From: Negaprion brevirostris
Taxonomy: Eukaryota
Assembly: GCA_030324005.1 (NCBI GenBank)
Contig: JARDVH010000097.1
Location: 91,754,114-91,818,113 of the forward strand
Reading direction: 5' to 3'
Length of the DNA: 64,000 bases
Shown here: positions 1-64,000 of the stretch, piece after piece
How the letters are laid out: every line of letters begins with the position of its first letter
Numbering within the stretch: position 1 is the first letter of the stretch
Notes under the pieces: model-generated
The model's database searches: none
Told to the model about the DNA's origin: nothing
What the model saw: the letters and a program-made list of their open reading frames with translations, nothing else
Translations under genes and position numbers: made by a program

Positions 1-845
1 TTTCACTTGCACTTATTCTGTACCTTGAAATGTTATTTTCCTGAGATTAAAGCAAACAATGTAAATGCAAGTTTCTATTATTACTAAAATGGATGCTGAT
101 CACCTGCGAAATGACTTGTCATTTTCTTTAAGTCTATGAAGCAAATAGCAAGGAAACTTAAGATTGCTAAAATTAAGGTAGAAGGTTAAAAAAGATTTCA
201 TTCCCACTGTATACACAAATACTTTTCATTCAGGTCAAGAGGAGCTGATGAAAGCAGCTGAATATCACAAATACAGATTGTTAAAGAAATATGCATACCA
301 GGTGTAAACAGATCCAGATTTAGTTAAGGACACGGAAAATTGTGATCCACATTCCACTTTAACCACACCAAGTCCAGTTAGGGAGTCAATCTATTTGCAG
401 AAAATAATGAGAAACGTCAATAGAAGCAATCCCAAAAGTTGTCAGCTTTATTCATACATTTATCAGTTCATAAGTAAACTAGAAATATACTGAAACAATG
501 AATTTCAAATAAATAACAAGTTTTTTTTTTAGAAGAATAGTAGTACAGAGTTGAAAGCAAGCAGTCAGACCCAATACAGAGCACAGTGGAACATCAGTCT
601 GCAGGTAGTTGAGAATGGACTCCTCTGCAGATTCCTGCTTTGTGAAAGGGGCCTCTCGAGTTTGCCTCATACAAATATTTTGTTGCTTATTTCCTCTAAA
701 TTCTTAGATTAAATAATCAAGATTCCAAGTGTGTGAAATTTTGGGTCAACATAAAAGTGTTGTTGAAGTAAGTAAAAACCATTTTGACGCGAACAGACAG
801 GAACACACAGAAGTTCAAATCTGAAAGACAAGGGAGAATAAAATA

Positions 846-1546
846 GGGGCGGCACAGTGGCACAGCGGCTAGCACTGCTGTCTCACAGTGCCAGGGATCC
901 AGGTTCGATTCCCAGCTTGGGTCACTGGCTATGTGGAGTTTGCATGTTCTCCCTGTGCGTGCATGGGTTTCCTCCGGGTGCTCTGGTTTTCCTCCCACAG
1001 ATGTCAAAAGTCATGCAAGTTATAGCAGCATCTCCATGCGCTCTAGTGAATTCAGATACAAGGTGGCCAGTGTCCAGANNNNNNNNNNNNNNNNNNNNNN
1101 NNNNNNNNNNNNNNNNNNNNNNNNNNNNNNNNNNNNNNNNNNNNNNNNNNNNNNNNNNNNNNNNNNNNNNNNNNNNNNACTATGGAGATCTGGCTGCTTG
1201 TTATCATTCTCAGGAACTGAAGGCACTCTATATTGCAACTGATTCACTGGCATGACTACTGCTCCAGGGCAGAGAGGTGCTGAATGGAGGCTTGACACAC
1301 AGGAAGCCTGTTCTGTGCTGTCAATACAATAAGTTAATGAGACAAGTTGTCACTTGCTGTGAAGGACCTTTCCTCCCACAGTCCAAAGATGCACAAGTTG
1401 GGTGGATTGGCCATGCTAAGTTACCCCTTCGTGTCGGGGGGCTAGCTAGGTAAATGCACAGAGTCACGGGAAGAGGGCCTGGGTGGGATTGTGATTGGTG
1501 CAGACTCGATGAGTCAAACAACCTCCTTCTGCACTGCAGGATTATA
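846..1546 (+). mobile_element. HE1-type tRNA/V-SINE split by an insertion at 1001-1368
   Basis: tRNA-like head ggcacagtggcacagcggctagcactg...ggttcgattccc, central domain, tail cctccttctgcactg; 13-bp repeat tttcctcccacag flanks the interruption. Confidence 0.85.
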
Positions 1547-2441
1547 TGGTAAGATCGAATTAAATATTACATTTGGAAGCGCAGCAATGATCGGATTAGG
1601 ACATAGGTAATGTTCCAGGGACAAACGCTCAAATCTCACCATGACAGATATCATCCTCCTTAGGATCTTCAACGCTAGGGCTCAATACCAAAAGAAGAGG
1701 AGCAATATTGGCAATAATGCACTATATAAACTGAAAGGAAACAGATTAGATGAACCAAAACACGGAACGAAGAACATGAGTGGAAAGGAGTCCACTGGGG
1801 CAACAGCAGCTCTTCCTGGCTTGACACGAAGATTTGAAAATAAATTTTACTTACTTTAGGGTCACTGCTATCTGCTCAGTTTCCTTCACATTATGAAAGC
1901 TTAGATACTTCCAAGAAGAACAGAAACTCTAGAAGATGATTTAACAGGGTAAAGTTTGACCCTCAAAAAATAGGTGGACTGGGTCATAGAACATAGAACA
2001 CTACAGCACAAANNNNNNNNNNNNNNNNNNNNNNNNNNNNNNNNNNNNNNNNNNNNNNNNNNNNNNNNNNNNNNNNNNNNNNNNNNNNNNNNNNNNNNNN
2101 NNNNNNNNNNNNNNNNNNNNNNNNNNNNNNNNNNNNNNNNNNNNNNNNNNNNNNNNNNNNNNNNNNNNNNNNNNNNNNNNNNNNNNNNNNNNNNNNNNNN
2201 NNNNNNNNNNNNNNNNNNNNNNNNNNNNNNNNNNNNNNNNNNNNNNNGATCATAGTCATACAAAAACCACAGAGTGAAGAGGAATTGGATCCCCCATTAA
2301 TATTCAGTAATACACTGCCATTTTCTGCTCCATGCGAATCGTGGATAAGTCCATGCAGAATTAATTTCTCCCCTATATCATCAAATTTGTATGGATTTAT
2401 CTGAATTTACGATAAAACCTCAGTTTATAAACTCTTTGTAC

Positions 2442-62396
<59,955 letters not shown>

Positions 62397-64000
62397 CTAG
62401 AAACAACAATATGAAAATGTTAACCTCTCCATATAAAATGGAGACGTTTTCTGATCCTGCAGGAGATCAACAGAAGAGGAATTAAAGCATGCCATCAAGT
62501 TTAACAAAAAAGCAAGACATTGGATTAATGTCAGCTACTCCCACGTTTCAGTGCTACCATTTACACTTTTCAAAAATCAGTATCCATGTAATCTCCTGCT
62601 TCAAATAACTCAATATTTAGATATGCAAAACTTTTATTTTACCAATATAATTACTCTTTTAATAATCCTGATCCTCTTTACAATCAGGGCTAGTTCTTGT
62701 GTAAGTCTTAACCTTGCGAGGAAAAAATTCCTGACTATTTTAATTTTTAAATTCATTTTACAGGGTGTGGGCATTGATGTTTAGGTCAGCATTTAATGCT
62801 CGTCCCTAGTTACCCTTCAGAAGTTGGTGGTGAGCTGTCTTCTTGAACTGCTGCAGTCCCTGAGGTGTAGGTACATCACAGTGCTGTTAGGGAGGGAGTT
62901 CCAGGATTATGACCCCATGACAGTGAAGGAATAGCAATGTATTTCCAAGTCAGAATGGTGAGCGAATTGGAAGGGGACTTCCAGGTGAAGATGTCCCCAG
63001 GAAACTGCTGATCTTGTCCTTCTAGATGATAGTGGTCGTGGGTTTGAAAATGCTACCCAAGGAGTCTTGATGAGTTCCTGCAGTGCATCTTGTAGATGGT
63101 ATACACTGCTGCCACTGTTCACCGGTGGGGGAGGGAGTGAATGTTTGTGGAAGGAGTAGCAATCAAGTGAACTGCTTTGTCCTAGATAGTGTTGAGTTTC
63201 TTGAGTGCTGCACTCATCCAGGCAAGTGCAGAGTATTCCATCACACTCCTGGCGTGTGGTTTGTAGATGGTGGACTGGCTTTGGGAAATCCAGGAGGTAA
63301 CTTTCTCACCACGTTATTCCTAGCCTCTGACCTGATACTGGAACCACAGTATTTCCAGTTCAGTTTCTCGTCAATGGTGACCTCCAGAATATTGATAGTG
63401 AGGGATTCAGCGATGGTAATGCCATTGAATGTCAAGAGATGACGGTTAAATTCTCTCTTGTAGGAGATGGTCATTGCCTGGCACAAATTTTACTTGCCCC
63501 TTGTTAGCCCGAGCCTGATATTGTCCAGGTCTTGTATATTTGGGTATGAACTGCTTCAGGAGCTGCAGTGTCACAGATGGTGCTGGAAATTGTGCAAAGC
63601 CATCAGCGAACATCCACACCTCTGACCTTATGATGGATTCTGACTTCATTGATGAAGCAGTTGATGATGTTTGGGCTTGGAACAAGTGCCAAAGTGTTGG
63701 AGGCACAATCTACAAATTTTCGGATGCTCTTCGAGAGGATTGGCTCTAGATGATTCTTGGCTGCTTCAGGTAAATTTTGAACTGTTGCGGGATTATGCTC
63801 ATGACAAGCAAATTATGTTTAATATAGGATGTCTACACATACCCAAAATTTAAAGCATAATTACTATAAACTCGCACTATCCCTCCTGTGAGAAATTAGC
63901 CTGGATTCTATTAAGCAACTCCCACAATGAGGCTGGAGTTAGGGGTTAAAATTGAGAAAGCAAACCTGCCCTCATATACACCAATATATCATATAAAGAA

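Noticed and set aside
1-2441. Next HERC2 exon, HECT domain and the OCA2-enhancer intron
   Set aside because: No IDSLTGLG-like exon is visible; these lie beyond the window start or possibly in a gap.

Overview
Eukaryotic genomic DNA, almost certainly from a shark: the introns are full of HE1-type tRNA/V-SINEs, CR1-, Rex1- and Penelope-like retroelement pieces, DeuSINE remnants and Harbinger-type elements. The whole window lies inside one minus-strand gene, HERC2 (giant HECT E3 ubiquitin ligase). I traced 43 consecutive coding exons (w1-w43 in transcript order, 62396 down to 2442, about 6.55 kb of CDS, about 2,180 codons) with GT-AG boundaries and consistent phases. They cover the UBA-like, CPH, ZZ and DOC/APC10 domains, RLD2 and most of RLD3; the gene start and the HECT domain lie outside the window. 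It is a gapped draft assembly, and some N-gaps are visibly artefactual. I see no prokaryotic-type system. The best candidates for something undescribed are all intronic: (i) a Penelope-derived minimal hammerhead ribozyme motif with a compensatory U3-A8 core pair, on the HERC2 sense strand; (ii) several non-TE fragments inserted between short direct repeats, one with an acceptor plus a long open frame weakly resembling ATG3; (iii) a near-perfect 44-bp hairpin and a 143-bp fold-back; (iv) two SINE types with one head and different tails. Protein and repeat-family identities come from recalled sequences, not database searches. Repeat coordinates are approximate.
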